In this document: one piece after another, positions 1 through 14,700 of the stretch
How the letters are laid out: every line of letters starts with the position of its first letter
Numbering within the stretch: position 1 is the first letter of the stretch
Source: Fimbriosthenelais zetlandica
Lineage: Eukaryota
Direction of reading: 5' to 3'
Assembly (NCBI GenBank): GCA_977030845.1
Contig: OZ365115.1
Coordinates: forward strand, 17,484,001 to 17,548,000
Length of the DNA: 64,000 nt
Made by a program: the position numbers and the translations under genes
Notes under the pieces: generated by a model
Told to the model about the DNA's origin: nothing
The model's input: the letters and a program-made list of their open reading frames with translations, nothing else
The model's database searches: none

Positions 1-3000
1 TGTCTGATATTGGCCTTGCCTGGCCGGAAATTGGCTCTTATTAATAGTGTCAAAATCAATACATTCAAGTATAGACAAAGAATTAACACCGAATATGATT
101 TCCAAGGTGGAAATAAAAAGATAGTGTTCGATACTGATGCTGGTCCATATCCGTAGCTTTCATCCATCTTTATGTGTTGTCCAGGGATATCAAGATTATT
201 TCTCCCATGTCACCTACCCCTCTTTGTCTGGTTTTACATGATTTCCATGCCCATTGAAAAGCTATTTAATATTGATGGTTGGGATGAGAGATGCGTCTGA
301 TATAGTTTTATTGAATTTGTATTGAATTTGATGGAGTTTTTGACATTTATGGCAATGGCTTGACAACGGTCCTATACACAACACATGAATATATATTTCT
401 CTGACATATTATCATTATATTGGCAAAGGAAATTTTAATTTTTTCTACCAAAATTCTGGACTTCGCTTATCTAATCATAAATATTAGCACAAATCTTGTG
501 GGAATTCGAGAGAATATGAACTCCAATTCTTGGTCAGAAGAACCATGACTCCCAGGCAACCAAGTTTAAATTGGACACAAATGTCACAAGTCTGATAGTT
601 GGTCCATAATAATATGTACAGCCTACATTAAGTTACATTTCATCATCATGTATCATACTATATGACAGGCCTACTGTGAGATTTTTAAATAAATCAGCCT
701 TTAATTCGGCTGCCTTAGGTTACATTTAGTCACTTTGGAGTGAATGAAGCATATCTCCTCTAGGGTATTGCTTAAATACACTAGTTTTGAATATTTAATT
801 GGTGCAGATGCAAAATCCCCGAAACGTGTCTGAATTTAGTGATTTTGACACATAAATTAAGTTTGTTTTAATGAACCTATACTATACCCATACATAATGG
901 TTTCTACCAAGCCCAGACATGCAAAGAAGGTTTTTATTTTATTTTGTTACTTTTGGAAGTCTTATATTTCAGCATAGATAAGGAAACAAGATTATAAGTC
1001 TCCACCATGTATTAGAAATTTAATACTTTCTCAACGCACACGACATATGTTTATGAGAAAAATAATTATATATTAGATTAGTTGCTTATAGGCGCCTTCA
1101 AATATCTCCCATGACATTTAATCTTGATAAAATTCTCAATTCTGAAGGTCAATTAACTCTGCCCACAGGGAGGCATTTCACTTTGTAGAATAAGTTTTCA
1201 TTTCTATCCCCACCTCCGCTCATATATGGTGGTAAATATCTTCTGCAGATGATGATGATATCTTGCCATGCTATCTCCTCATTGGTATTATTAATGCACA
1301 TTAATATTAATCAAGTTATAAATGTATTGATGGGGATATTCAGTAGGGGCTCTGCAGGCTATATTATATGGGATGTTTGTCAGAAGTAAGACTGTTGCAT
1401 ACATCCATGTATTTTCAATGTATAGTCAGTAAAGCGGTTTTGTTTAATGCTTCCATGGGTTGTCTTGCTTCACGCTTACATGCCTTTCTATGTCTTATAC
1501 CAGCCCCACCCCAGACAGCCACTACACCATGGAAAAATATATAGTGATTAAAATCTAAACTTTAAGATCCACACATGTCACCCCTGTCGTCAGGTCACCT
1601 GCTCCCTTTCATCTATTCAACTATTCCTTTCTCATGAAAACTTTCCATTCTAGATTGGTTTGGATCGAAAGCTAATATCTGAATTTCCCAGTAGAGTATG
1701 CTGATACTTTGACCCTATCCATAATAACCATTTACACGCATATAAAACGTTGATGAATAGACTTTCATGGTAATTCATCAGCTTGTTTTCTTCTCAGTCT
1801 CGCCCCCATGCAATGTGCTTCGTAATGTTTCAGCACCAACCTTGGGGAAACTGTTGTGTAAAAATAAAACATTGAGGCGTGGGTGGGAGTAAATTGATTT
1901 CTAGCTGGCGTGGGTGACCCTCCCCCCTCCGCCCGAACATATATCCTACAAATTCCTATGAAATATTCATATAGATCTGTTGTTGTGGAAAAGAGAATGA
2001 TACATGATTGTGTCAGAATACTCACTGCAGACACTTCGTACCTGAATATTGTTCTGGAGGCGTTTCTGGGGTCAAATCCGCTGAGTGCAATGCTTTGTCG
2101 CGTCGAATTACCAGTTATACAATTAGAGATATATATGCGACTTCTAATTGCTTTTGTAATGGAGGTAATTTTCAGGTTGTGAGAGGTGAGAGCTAAGGAT
2201 AAATGAAAATAGATTCTAAATGTCATGGCAGAATGGTCTAATTGATTCTGTTGTCCGTAACACGTTTGGTCAATAGAGTGCATGATCGATCAACATTATG
2301 GTTTTTGACCAGAGTGGATGTCGCTAATGCGTTGTCAATATTTTGTTGTTCCATCTCCATATCTTTGACTGAGTGCATCAATTTGTTACATTAGCACAAT
2401 AAGTACAGGTGGATGGGGAAACAGGTGTGTACATTGTGGTTGAATGGCACATCTTTTTAATATAATGGAATCTCTTCTGTCACTGGGATATTAGTAAACC
2501 TTGCATGGTACTACAGAATAGGGAGACGGATAGATGCGGGCTTAACAACAGTCAAGTCAAAGTGAAGCTACAAGATTTGCCAAGTGACAGGAAGTATGAC
2601 ACTGGAGCTTTGTTCCTCAAATCTGTATAGGCCTAGCTACTATTAAACATGTACTCCCCAGTGCCACGATTGTACTATATAACCGATTGACCTCTCTGGC
2701 TGCAGTGGCCACTGATGATGCACTGTTATTTTAGGCTAATGTTCATTGGGAATCACTGATGTATCTATAGGGGTTAGGTAAGGCTGATTCATTCACCCAT
2801 CCCTTATCTAGTCTCAGAGATGTAGATTTGATCTGTCAGAGTGTCTCGTTTATCACTAGTCGATAAGCCTCGGAAATTGATTAATTTTCACAGAAATGTG
2901 TATTATTATACCCCTCCATGATGGAACAAGTGGGTCTCTGGGGGGTTTTCTTTATAACTGATAGTCTCTTGGTTGTGAGTCATGCTTACAATAAACCATG

Positions 3001-4388
3001 GCTCAGTCTTATGATTGATCAGTAGGGATTCCCCTTAACATTGCACCAGACCATGGGCAATTATTTTCCTGCACGTGAGACACTTCAGACCTCTACCCTA
3101 AAACAAACTCTCCTTGTTTGGTTAGAAAATAAAATGGAAGGTTTGCCCCTCAGTACCCATCTCTGATGGAAGCTATAAACAGGTGGATCTCATGTAAGGG
3201 AGGGAGGGTGAGGGGTATGATCCCTGACCCGACTAGTAATCCCACCCTTCCAAGTTCCACCCTTCTCCAGTTTTCACCCTCCCATATTATACTGTCTATG
3301 ACACCATTTAATATTGGAATATGAATATTTATATTCGATTCTTACTACCAAATAACCGAATGATACCATCGACAGTTGAACAGTCCTTATCGATGTTTTA
3401 TCGAATGCAAGTAGTACTTTTTAAGCTCATGATAAAGATAATGTCCCTCGTGTCCTTTTGACCCATCAATGAATAGTATTTCTATGAAATTAGAGATAAG
3501 TTTCCAAACATACTTTTACTTTCACAATCTAGATATCAGATGAGATATTTGTCGAAAAGTAAGGTTGCCTAACTGAATACATCACATCATCTCCAAGCAC
3601 CTGCATGGTTTAATAAAGAAAAGATATGGCAAGAAGTGTCCTTCATGCATTCTGGATGCATTCTACCCAAGGTTTTTAAACTTGCATCATATCATATTTC
3701 ATAGTCTGGAGTCACGATTCACTTGTTAAGTTGTAAGGCTCTTGTATGGGCGTGTACTGCTCTATTCTCCTCTTGCCCCTGTAGCCCTAAAGGAATATAT
3801 GAAATTACCTCTTATAAAAACTCCCAAAACTCCCACATTTTCACTCTTGCTTCTGGCTTACCTGTCTCTTTTTTTTATATGACATAGGAACTAGTATTTA
3901 CCGATATATTATACTTCTTTGATCAAATTCCTTTAATAATCTCTTAGCAAAGGACCCATCCCAATATATTTTTCCCAATTGTAGGCCCTATTCCAACTTT
4001 AATGAGTCCTCTCTTTAATAAAGATATTGTCACTAAACCATTTATGAAGTCTCAAACGTGCAGATATGTAAATTAAATGTTTGTATATCATTTTGACAGT
4101 GAGAAGCACTATTGTCACACTCCGCTGGTGCTGACACTGTCACGATTCAAGTCTGGTCCAAGACACGAATTTAAAATATCCCATGACTTAGAAATGGCTC
4201 AGATAATGCATACATGCAATGTGTAATGACCTGGGTGGATACAGGTACATCGTCTATGGGGGTTTTGTGATATAAATCATCCTACATGTCTCTAGAATGT
4301 GAAACGGAAAATCTAGATTACGTGTCAAAACCTTGTATATTCCCTCTCAAAGTAGGTGTATGATTCAATAGAAATATATACGGCATTT

Positions 4389-4613
4389 CAGGGTATAATT
4401 TGGTTTTTAAAAATTGCCTAACAAATTTTGGCTATGCAAGTTGATTTTGTATCGCAATCAGAATCCAATCAAGTGATTTTTATCACAATTCCTCGTTTGC
4501 CACCTGAAGAATGCAGATACATGTATCGCTAAATTGCGATGCCAATTTGATTTTGTATCGCAAATAAATCAAAAAATCGTAAAATGCGATGCGATACCGG
4601 GTTAATTAATCCC
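4389..4613. mobile_element. MITE family A copy
   Basis: Starts cagggtataatt. Shares gccacctgaagaatgcagata and tgcgatgcgataccggg with the copy at 31700, and is in opposite orientation to 20750. Confidence 0.7.
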
Positions 4614-5174
4614 ATTTCCCCTTTATGGGGAAAATGGGGTTTTAGATTTTGTGCTTGTTGTTCTACACTATTATTTTTTTTTTCTTGTTGTAGTTAGACA
4701 ATCGCTAAATCCGGGTTTATATTAGAGCTAGGAATCTGGTTTTCACACATATTGTAGACCATAGTAAGAAGTGGTCACATGTGATGAATGGATGTCATAT
4801 GTCATCACATGACGTCACATGACGTCACCAAACCAGCCAAATTGGTAAAATTTGATTGTAATTTTTTTGGACCCATGAGGATCTAGAATAAGATGAATGG
4901 TATGTAGTGTAAAGATACATGATGGACTATAAGTTGACCTACATATTTGACCTTTGACCTAATTAGTTACATGGAATTAGGTCAGGGGTATGAAATCACT
5001 TAAATGCTATTTCGGCCAGATTAAAAATATTCAAGAGTGATTACGCTTGGTTTATTAGCAGTCAGTGGGTGAGGCGTATATGAGAAATATATTTTGTAGT
5101 TGATTGAAACGACGTAAGATGACGTCACAGTGATGTAAAAACTAATTAACCCAATATTTTCAGTTTAGTTAATC

Positions 5175-5440
5175 CAGCAAGTTTATTTTTAAAGATAAAG
5201 CTTAAAATGAATTAGATGAATTAAAGTACATAAAAAGACCTGTTGATACCTATATTGCATTATGCATTCCACTCATAAGTTGATTTGTTATGAATTTTTT
5301 TAATATTTTCCATTTTGGTCAATATTTTCATGTTTTTTTCACTCTGGCAAGTTTATTTTTAAAGATAGAGCTTAGTATGTATTAGACAAAAAGAAGCACA
5401 AAAATAGACCTTTGCATACATGTATTGCATTATGCAGTCC
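5175..5440. repeat. Diverged direct repeat (about 95 bp, 170-bp offset) in a probable old transposon block
   Basis: gcaagtttatttttaaagata(a/g)agctta...tattgcattatgca at 5177 and 5347. Confidence 0.8.
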
Positions 5441-7054
5441 AGTAATTATTTCTATTTATACATTTCAATACACAAAATTTAAGACAAAGGTCAAGGTCAT
5501 TTGGAGCTAGGGGATCAAGGTAGCACCTGCAGCAGCCCCCCGCCCTCCACTGGCCACTTGGAGGGGGTCAGGATTTTTGGAGAGAGACTTGCCTAAGTCT
5601 TTCTTTCATTAATCCTATTTTTTATTTGAACTGTTCAGTGAATAACTCTGCTGGTCAATCATAACAATGGCCTCTATTTAATGAGAAGATTGATTGCAAC
5701 ATCAAATGTTCAGCTTCTTTTGAATGAAAGCAATGACACATCTCTGTAATTGAAGCATTTGAGTCCACATGTAACAGTGAAACTTATATGCCTCCTGGCA
5801 CTGAGACAATTAAGTTAAGTATAAAATAGAGAATATCTGAATCTACAATTTGTAATACCTTTCCAAAGTTTACTTTTGTTCTCTCATATTTAAAAACATT
5901 AGCCTGAAATTGATTACTTTGACACAATTAGTGATTATCCAAAAGAATTATATATAGCCAAGGGGTTTGTTGTCAAGTCTAGGGGGAAAACTGGTGGGTG
6001 CCTGGTGAGTGGGTGTGTGTATGGTTATTGGTGTGGCCAAGCAGTTGTGGTCAAGTCTAGGGGGTCAACCCTCTCCCGTTGCTATGGCAACAGGTCTGAC
6101 TGCATGGTGGGTGGTTGCAGGACTGGAGAATTTGAATAGAGGGCTAGGAGGCTGTGTTGTGACAGGAGTTAAGGATCAGTACTAGTTTCCTTGCTTAGAG
6201 ATTAGAGTCTAGAAAGAAGTTTGAAAATGTTCACATTACACATAGTGGAATAGGAAATACAAAAAGATGGATTTAGGTGTTGAGTTGGTGTCTATGGGCC
6301 TAGAACTAAAGATTTTGGAAAGCACTTAGTCCTTGCATAAGGACTTATGTCAAAAAGTGAATTTTTGAAATATTTAAATTTCAAAGTTTATTTTAACATA
6401 GAGTAACAGGCATTAAGAAACGATGGATTTATATATTAAGTTTTTAAGTAAATATTCAGGTTTTAAGTATGTTTTTTGGTACTCATCTATGATTTTCAGT
6501 CTACCTCTCAATATACATCTTTTTCTCACAGAGGGTCTTTGAAGGCAATTATCTACTTCCTGTCCAGGTCACCAATTACAATCAGCCTAAAACCTGTGTA
6601 TATAACAGTCTATTCCAATAAATATATCTATAATTATATTCTATATGAATCATCAGAATTCTTGGGAATGCAAATGAATACTTGATCTCTAAAGATAAAC
6701 GCTGCCTGATTTAACGAGGTTAATCATTGAGGTGTGAGACTGTCTTGTAAAACTCTCCTGGGTATGTCATGATGATATTATAATGGCTTAGCAGATTTTT
6801 AAAGTTTAGTCTGGCAGGGGAAATGGGATTATTAATGATTACTGGTAACATTATGGCTAGTTATACCCTGGATTTGTTCTTATAATATTTCTATTATGGG
6901 GTGGAACCGTGAACCAGTGGTAGACCTATACATGGACTATGTCACACACATACCCATACAAACACGTATATGCACTCTTTACACTTGAGGAGACTGAAAC
7001 ACTTCTAGCATGGCAGTGTATGGAAACAGCCGGTAAATCACCTCCAGGGATTTC

Positions 7055-7360
7055 CCCCTCCTCCAGGCGATCTCTGACCCAGGAGCAGCCACAACATGCC
7101 TTCCTCCTGACCTCTGCCACTTATTGTCCCTCCTCCCCCCTCTCACCACTATACCACTTCCCCTATTCTCCTCTGCATCAATTCCAACCATCTTCCGCCT
7201 GTTTCTCTCCATCCTCTTACCGCCCTTCCATCTCTTCCCACTGGTCTCTTTTCCCTTCTCCCTCCAGATGCTCCTCCTCACGTTTCTCCCTCTCCTTTCC
7301 CTCCTCCCCTTCCCACCCAACCCTCCCCCCTCCCCCCACCACACTTCCTCCTGGGAGTTG
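7055..7360. repeat. Pyrimidine-rich low-complexity tract
   Basis: CT-rich run lacking stops, which produces several spurious overlapping ORFs. Confidence 0.8.
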
Positions 7361-8591
7361 TCTGGGAGGGCCTGGAGGGATTTGTTTTGGGCTGATGTGT
7401 GATAGATAAGGACAGGGCTGTGCTCTATGGATTCTCATGGAGTATGGCAGGTCACGGCTCAACACATGCTGCCTGTTGCATGCTTACTGAACCCGACAAC
7501 CCCTCACTGGGTGGTCTAAAAAACACATTAACGTCCACACTAAAATAACACTTTACAACAGATACAGTGTCGAGTTAACAACTAAATGTGACCAGAACCA
7601 TCACCGGAAAGATGCTTTCCAGATTTCCTAAAGTTGTTTTAATCATCTGAGTTTTGGTCCAAGAAAACGAACGTACTGTACTCAGTTCTGAAAACTTTTC
7701 GGGATTAAATTGAATTTTTTTATTTTTGAATTACCTGTCCAAAACTTATTTTGATATATTTGCTGCCCATGCTTGTTCTTTTTTTCACTTTCACTTGTGA
7801 TGGTCTGTTTCAACCGTTATCCTTAGATGAACCGGCTGTTTCCATGGAAATGTTTCCAAAATCATGACAATACCTCTTATTGTAAGCCTGCCAAACCATC
7901 TGGCGGTTCTTCCAGCCACAGTCCAGAACTTATACCCATATTGTTTAAATGTTCTCATAAAACTGTCTTAGACTTTGGATGGTGGGCTATAGGATCTAGT
8001 ACAGGTATCTGATCATTTCAGAAATGAATACTCCATTTGTCTTCTTTCACTTAACTTTTTTCGTGAAAACTGCCTCAAGCTTGTGAAATCAATTCACATC
8101 ATGACAAAGGAAAGCCCTATGGCTAATTGTGCATCTCTTTTGCATTACAATTAAAAACATTCATTCTTTAAAATTATAATAAGGTTAGAACCTGGCTTGA
8201 ATATAAGTTAAACAGAAGCTTTGGGGAGTTTGGTGAATATTTAGATGAATTATGTTAAGAGAGAACCCTTCTGAATTATATTAACCAGCTTATTCAGAGA
8301 GGCATTTTTCTTCTCGGGTCATGTTTGGCATGTCACCAGGATTTAGCTCAGGTTCTCAGATTACTTTTGTTGAGAAGTGAAAAAATCTCTGACAGTTATT
8401 AACCCCCAGGTGCTTCTGAATAAAAATTGAAATTGGCAGCAGTGGAGACCCAATGAATATTAGGTTATTTTTGTGTCAACATCACTAATGTTCGTCCATT
8501 TTTCACTTTTGTGAACGAAATTTTTTTTAAATATAGTCACTCATGACTGCCTCATGTGTCTAAAGAGGTATAGGTCCTGGTGATAATAATA

Positions 8592-8831
8592 TACAATGCT
8601 CCCCCCCACATCCGACCACCCCCTTAAACCAACCATGTTCGTCTTGTCCCAGTTACTCTGTTTTAAGTTTAAAATACCCCACCTAACCGACAACCTCGTT
8701 ATAGAGACCATAAAATTTAAAAAAAATTATCCGACCCCTTTTGGGAAGTGGATATAGAAAGAATTTCTACTCGTTATAGAGACCACTTTTGATCATTCCC
8801 AAAAATGATCGGATTACGTGGGGGGACAGTA
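8592..8831. mobile_element. Decayed MITE, probably Tc1/mariner type
   Basis: Left end tacaatgctcccccccacatccga versus right end tcggattacgtggggggacagta. Internal repeat ctcgttatagagacca occurs twice. Confidence 0.5.
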
Positions 8832-11594
8832 TTTGATTAAGTTTCACATGTGAAACTTAATGCATTGTGAGCAGTCTTCCAGCATTGAACTCTATCATAA
8901 ATTGTTTATCAGGAGTTTGGAAAGTTAAAAAATAAGCAGAAAGTGAGAATGGTAGCAGTATTGCCATGAATATTGACACCTCCCTCCTCTGGTACATTTC
9001 ACCTGTCCGGCCAGAACATGGAATGTATTTCAGAAGGCGTTCTGACGCGTCATTTGGCATTGCAGGCATCATAGACTTCTGATGTATATATAGCTTTTAT
9101 AGCAGCGGGAATGGAGGGTCTATGAAATAGGTCCCTGTCATGAAATCCAGAAAACAGATTATGATAATACAGAATGCTTGAAAGTCCCTTCAAAGTTTCC
9201 TTTGGAATAAGTTTGAAAGTTTGACTTTCCCCAAATAGTCCCCCTGCTGTTTGCATTATACTTCAAATCTACTCGTCATGCCCCGAATGCTTTTAAAGTG
9301 AAATACATTTATTTATGAGGTGTTATATCAATATGTTTAGATCTAGATCGTCCCAATTTCTTGACATTTCAATGTTGATCTCCTCTATGATAGATTGCGG
9401 CGATAGTATGGCATCTTTCGTTTTTAAACGAGAATCTTTTACCAGTAGCACTTCACTCGAATTGTGCACTTTCTATGAGGCTAATTTCCCTCGCTTTTCC
9501 CCCAGTTGGAACTCACTGTTCCGTGGAAAAATCTCAGGTTTTGAGTCTCTTGTGACGTCATTGCTTGACACAAGGTGGCACACTCTAGTTCCCCTGCAGG
9601 CTTTTTCCCCTTCCAGCTTGAGCAAAATAACTTAAGTGGTGGCTGGATATGAGGTGATAATAAGGAAGTTTAAATGTATGAATTAAGTTGCCGGTAGATT
9701 TACATTATAATGCATTTATATAATGTCTGAACATCGCAGACATAAACAAAAATGGTAGTCGATCAATATTTCTACACTATTGTCTGCACTTGTCTTCAAC
9801 ATTTCCCTTCTGACAATGATGAAATATAATTTTTTTTTTACATATTTATTTATACTATGATCCGATTATGGCAGATGCATATAGGAATTTGATATATATT
9901 CAGAATATCAATCGGATGAATACTGATATTGATTTCATCACTTGCTAGAATAACCCAACATCTCTGTAATGCATCAATGAAAATGAGATGTTGGGTCCTG
10001 TATCCAACATGGCGCTACTCTAACCATATTATATGGTGACATAGGCAGGAAAAGCAGTGCAAATGGGAGGATCACTCACTTCTCTATTGGTCTCTGACAA
10101 ATGGAAAGGGAGAAGCTTGATGATGATGGAGTTTAATTACTCCATCAATTAATACAAGGCAGGTGATAAAAGCCGGGAATGACACAGGCATACTGGCGAG
10201 TAATGGGCAACTTGATGGCAGAGCGTGTTTTGGTTCTTACTCATTTGTGACCATGATTACCATCATTACACCATGGAACATGTAAAGTGTTTGTCTTTTG
10301 GCAGAATGGGAGATGACCGCGGTGCAGGCATGCTGCGGTGATGGTGGCAGTTTGGGATGATATGATCAGGGATGATCCAGACCTCCTGATTTTTTTTTTT
10401 TTTCATCATCTAAAAAAATTGGGGAAAATCTATACCTGTGAAACCCTGAAACCGCAAAAATGGGGTTCTTATATTTATTAGTATATATGCTGGTTTTGGT
10501 TCCTCCAAATATTTTCATTTTTATTTGCCTTGGTCGACTTTCAGCCCTGGATATGATCATCCATGTACTGCATGCATGTAATTCATGGCTGACTTTGTGG
10601 GTCGTGAGGAGGGGAGACAAGTAATATGGTCTCATCGACAAGTAGAGCATTAAGACTCGTTTGTACCGACCGGTGCATTATACAAGACTCAAGCATATAT
10701 TATAGGTTAGATTTATTTCTTTATGTCTTCCTGATTTTAATTGATGCCTTCTTTACCATGCATCTTTAAAAAAAAATTTCAAATGATAGTCGGGGGTTCT
10801 TGTTTGAATATTATATATAAGGTACTGATCAGAATGGTGATATGTACTATAAGCATCAACTCTTTAATTGATGATTTGTAGCCTGGACACAGTACAAGTT
10901 GTCTCACAAATGGTTCAGTATAAATCTAAGATATCTACTTAGATATCAAAGTGAGGTGAGAAAGCGAGAAAAAGCACCGGTGTACCTATCTAGATCACCG
11001 TGGATTATTCATTGGAGATGTATACAAGCCAATTGCTCAATGAAGCATCAAGGAACACTGTACCCTTTTACATAATTAAACGACTGGCGGACCCTAGATA
11101 AAGCAGGTGACCCAGTTCAGGAAACCGTTGCTAGAATCAGGCATGTTAATTTGCCAAGCTCCGTGTTGACACAAATAAGATTTTTTGTGGTGCTTTTTTT
11201 CTCCGAAGTCTTTTAGTTACAGTGATTTAGTTTCTGTACAAATAGGTTGACCATCACGAACTGAGCTGTAATTGGACGGCCTGAGGTCATGTGACCCCCA
11301 TGTTCCCTGCAATGGGCGCAGAGCATGTATCTGTTGGCAAGAGCCTGGTACGACTTGCGGTCAATTGTCGTAAAATCTAGGTGACCACCCCAGGGCCCTT
11401 TTCTCTGGCTCTATAATGCATTCACTTCATCAATTATTAAATTGGCAACATTGGCTATATATTAACTCCTGTGGGTTTAATAGTTTTAGTGGGTATGCTT
11501 ACCACATGTTTTCTCGCAAACTCCGAACATGACCAAAATGCCTCATCATTAGACAATTGAATGCAGATAGGGGAATATAAATCAACAACTCTTA

Positions 11595-11741
11595 CCGTAT
11601 TTGCTGGTTAATATAACGAAGCGATTTTTATATGGATTTCTATACAATGCAGCAGTTTATATATGTGGATTATATATGTAACCTGAACGGCCAGGGGGTG
11701 CGGTTTATAATCAGGTGCGGTTTATACACCGGTAAATAAAG
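11595..11741. mobile_element. Tc1/mariner (pogo/Tigger-like) MITE
   Basis: TA-ccgtatttgctggttaatataa ... ttatacaccggtaaataaag-TA, with an internal ggtgcggtttata duplication. Confidence 0.6.
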
Positions 11742-14700
11742 TACATATTAAAACGTGTTAAAATTGACCTACAGTTTGATGGAGCAGGTATTGTGACTGA
11801 ATCCTACATTTCATTCCAAACTTGATGAGGACCATGGATGCAGCACCATTTATAACATCCTGAGATGCTATGTCTATGACTGTAGGCTACAAGATATTGA
11901 CAATATAGTTCACTATTGCATGCCAATGTACCATATAGCCCGTGCTGTGACACGGTACATGAGGACATTATCAGACCTGTTATATTGACCTGGGCTTCTT
12001 GTTTCTTGCGATATGAAGCAGACAATTTACCAACTCATCAACACGAGCCTGCCTCGTCCTCAGCCTTCCAGGCATGCACGCCAATGCCTCTATACCCAAC
12101 TGCCCAAAATCCAGCTCTTTCATTAAAAATTTACAGCTTTTGCTCTCGCCATTAACATCATGTCTTTGCTTTATCGCTTCCCTCGGTCACTGGTGTAAAT
12201 GACTTCTGGGAGGTGGTTCTGATTTAATGCCTGGTGAATATTGTTCTTTATGACAATTTTTGCTCTGGGGAGAGAGAGAATGTATTGCAGGAAATACAAT
12301 AAATGTGCTGTGGATTGCTTGCAGATTCTCAGTCTGTATTGGATGATTTTATCCATAACTATACTTAACTTCTAAATGTATAAGAATTCTTGTGAATCAC
12401 ATCCTCCCTAGGCAGGGCCAGTTTTAGTCAAAATGAGGTAACGCTCTAGTGAGATTTGTTTATTTTGAATCAGCTGGGGATATTCCCTCTGATTTTTAAA
12501 CTTTGATGTACTTTGAATTATTTCCGTTTGATGTTATCTATGGCTCTTAACAAATATCTAAAACCTTTGAAGGTCTGTTTGCTGTAAATGTGTAAATTAT
12601 GTGCGCTTACCGCAGGGTTGAAAGTCTATATCCTTTCATCTCTCTCTTTCCCACTGTGTAATTGGGAAATATATTGGGTTCAAGATCCTCAATGATTGTG
12701 AAAAAATAATCAATTCCCTTTTGCTACATGTATGTTTCGTTTTAAAAAGGAAATGGTTTATCATCATGCCCTTACCTTTACTTTGTAGTTTGAGTATACT
12801 GTTCTTTTCAAAAATATATGGCATGAAAAGATAAGAAATGACATGTTTCCAGTCTTTCACTCCCTTTGTAGGAGATCACTCGACTAGGGTCACAATTTAC
12901 AAGTCTGAAAAAGTTTATCTGAAGAGAAAACCTTAAGTTGGAAGAGAGAAAGCCTTGTACAATGTACCACTATATTTGTTGGCAAGGGAACAGTAAACAA
13001 TACAGGCTTTGTAGTAGAACTAGAGTCTATTTTTGTCATCGAATTTAAAATCTAAAATTTAGTGCGAACAACAAAAAACCAGCATTGAAATTCACCCTCA
13101 ATCATGGTTTATAGCTCAGGGGAATATTTTGTTTGATAAAAAGATCAACCATTTTTAACCGGACGACAGTGCTTTTCACTTCTCTGTCAAATACACAATC
13201 CCCCGTTTATTTTACCTTATAAAAATTCAATCTCCAAAGTGAATGTCTCTATGGAGAATAAAATAGCTTGGGGTGTTTTGGCGTGTTGGCCATTTTTAGC
13301 TGTACATATTTATCATGAGGTCTAGATTCCCGGCTGGTATAGGAAGGTGTTGATGTAAACACGCCCCAACCTAAATCTCTCCTGCCAAGGCTGATAGCTG
13401 AATTTCCCATATTTTTATCTGACCACAAGCTGGCCAGCATCTAGCACACACTTTTCACTGTAAGGGTGCCGCGGTTTGCCCGCCACGGATCCCCAATTAC
13501 ATTTGCTGGCAGGCTGCTCACAAATCTGCAGACCTGGTGCATGTCTGTTTGGGCAAGCCATGATGTCGTGTCGGTCGACAGTCGTCACATTCAGTCACTT
13601 GCGTCATTCAATTTGTCGTTTAGCACCAATCACCGTCCTCCACCTACATTCAGACCCAGTGATGGATCTCCCCAGGGGATGTCTTGGATTTTGCATGGGG
13701 AAATTATCAGAAGGTCGCTGATTCATTGCTACCAGAGGTTGGAATGCCATTGCATTTGGTTGTCCTCGGATGAACTGTGGAACTGCGCATAACTTGGACC
13801 TTGTGGTGGGTCTAATGGAAGCACATGTTTCTTATGAATCTGCTTAAATATAGTATCCATAGTATCCATTCTGAATGCTGCAGAGAAAGCAAACCAAGAT
13901 ATCTTCAAGTTTTGAAAATATTCCACCCCCCGCTCCCATAAAAGATGACATTTGAGAAATGATGGCATACATTTCCATGCAGTGCCCATGCCCATTATTG
14001 CCAATGCCCATCAACTTGTAAAACATCCCAAATTCCGATGCCTGATGCATTCTGAGGGAGATTGATGGAACTAAAGCATGTACATCTCTGACCTTTGGTA
14101 TGTGGGTTTGACTTTGAGGTGTAATCATGGAAAGGTCAATGGGTAGGGCGGAGTTATCTGCCTTTAAAATGGGCAAAGAAACCCATTTGAATCCTACACA
14201 GAATTATCACTAAACGACCAGGTCCTGAGTGAAGGCTTTAGCTTTCTTCAACCGCTCAAAACCATTTCTTAGTCTCAAGCGAGAATTAAGGTGAACAAAG
14301 GTTGATGGATTCTTTTTTATTATCATGGTGCAAACAAATTAATTGGTTTCTCCGGGAGGCTCTGTATCTGCACCACTGGTGCCAGAGACAATGGCGATTA
14401 CATGAACACTAAATGACGTCCAAGGCTTATAAAGTCGATAGTTTATGGTGATGAAAAAGAATTTTCTCTCTTATTATTATAGAACCTAGTAGTGTTTCAT
14501 AAATATGCTACCTTGAAAACTGATAGAAGTAGCCTGCTCAGTTATAGACGTGTTTCCAATAATTGGGTTAATCAGCTTTCTCCCCAGTGTCTTTCGTACT
14601 CTGGTATTAATTGACACGAAGGCCCTGGTGTCTACTAATTGAATAAAACCCGGTGGTTGTCAAGGTTGCTGCCTTATTACCACTCTCACCCTGGTCTTCA

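Noticed and set aside
1765-2283. ORFs of 172, 90 and 62 aa, or a MOB2 first exon
   Set aside because: No recognisable domain. The strong donors here (GAG|GTAATT, GAG|GTGAGA) have no ATG-initiated phase-2 frame, and the only phase-2 option (MEVIFR, AG|GTTGTG) has a poor donor.
4498-4540. Hammerhead ribozyme (CTGAAGA matches CUGANGA) in MITE family A
   Set aside because: No stem II closed by GAAA and no stem III or cleavage triplet in either copy.
6926-7465. Five overlapping ORFs
   Set aside because: Artefact of a CT/GA-rich low-complexity tract lacking stop codons.
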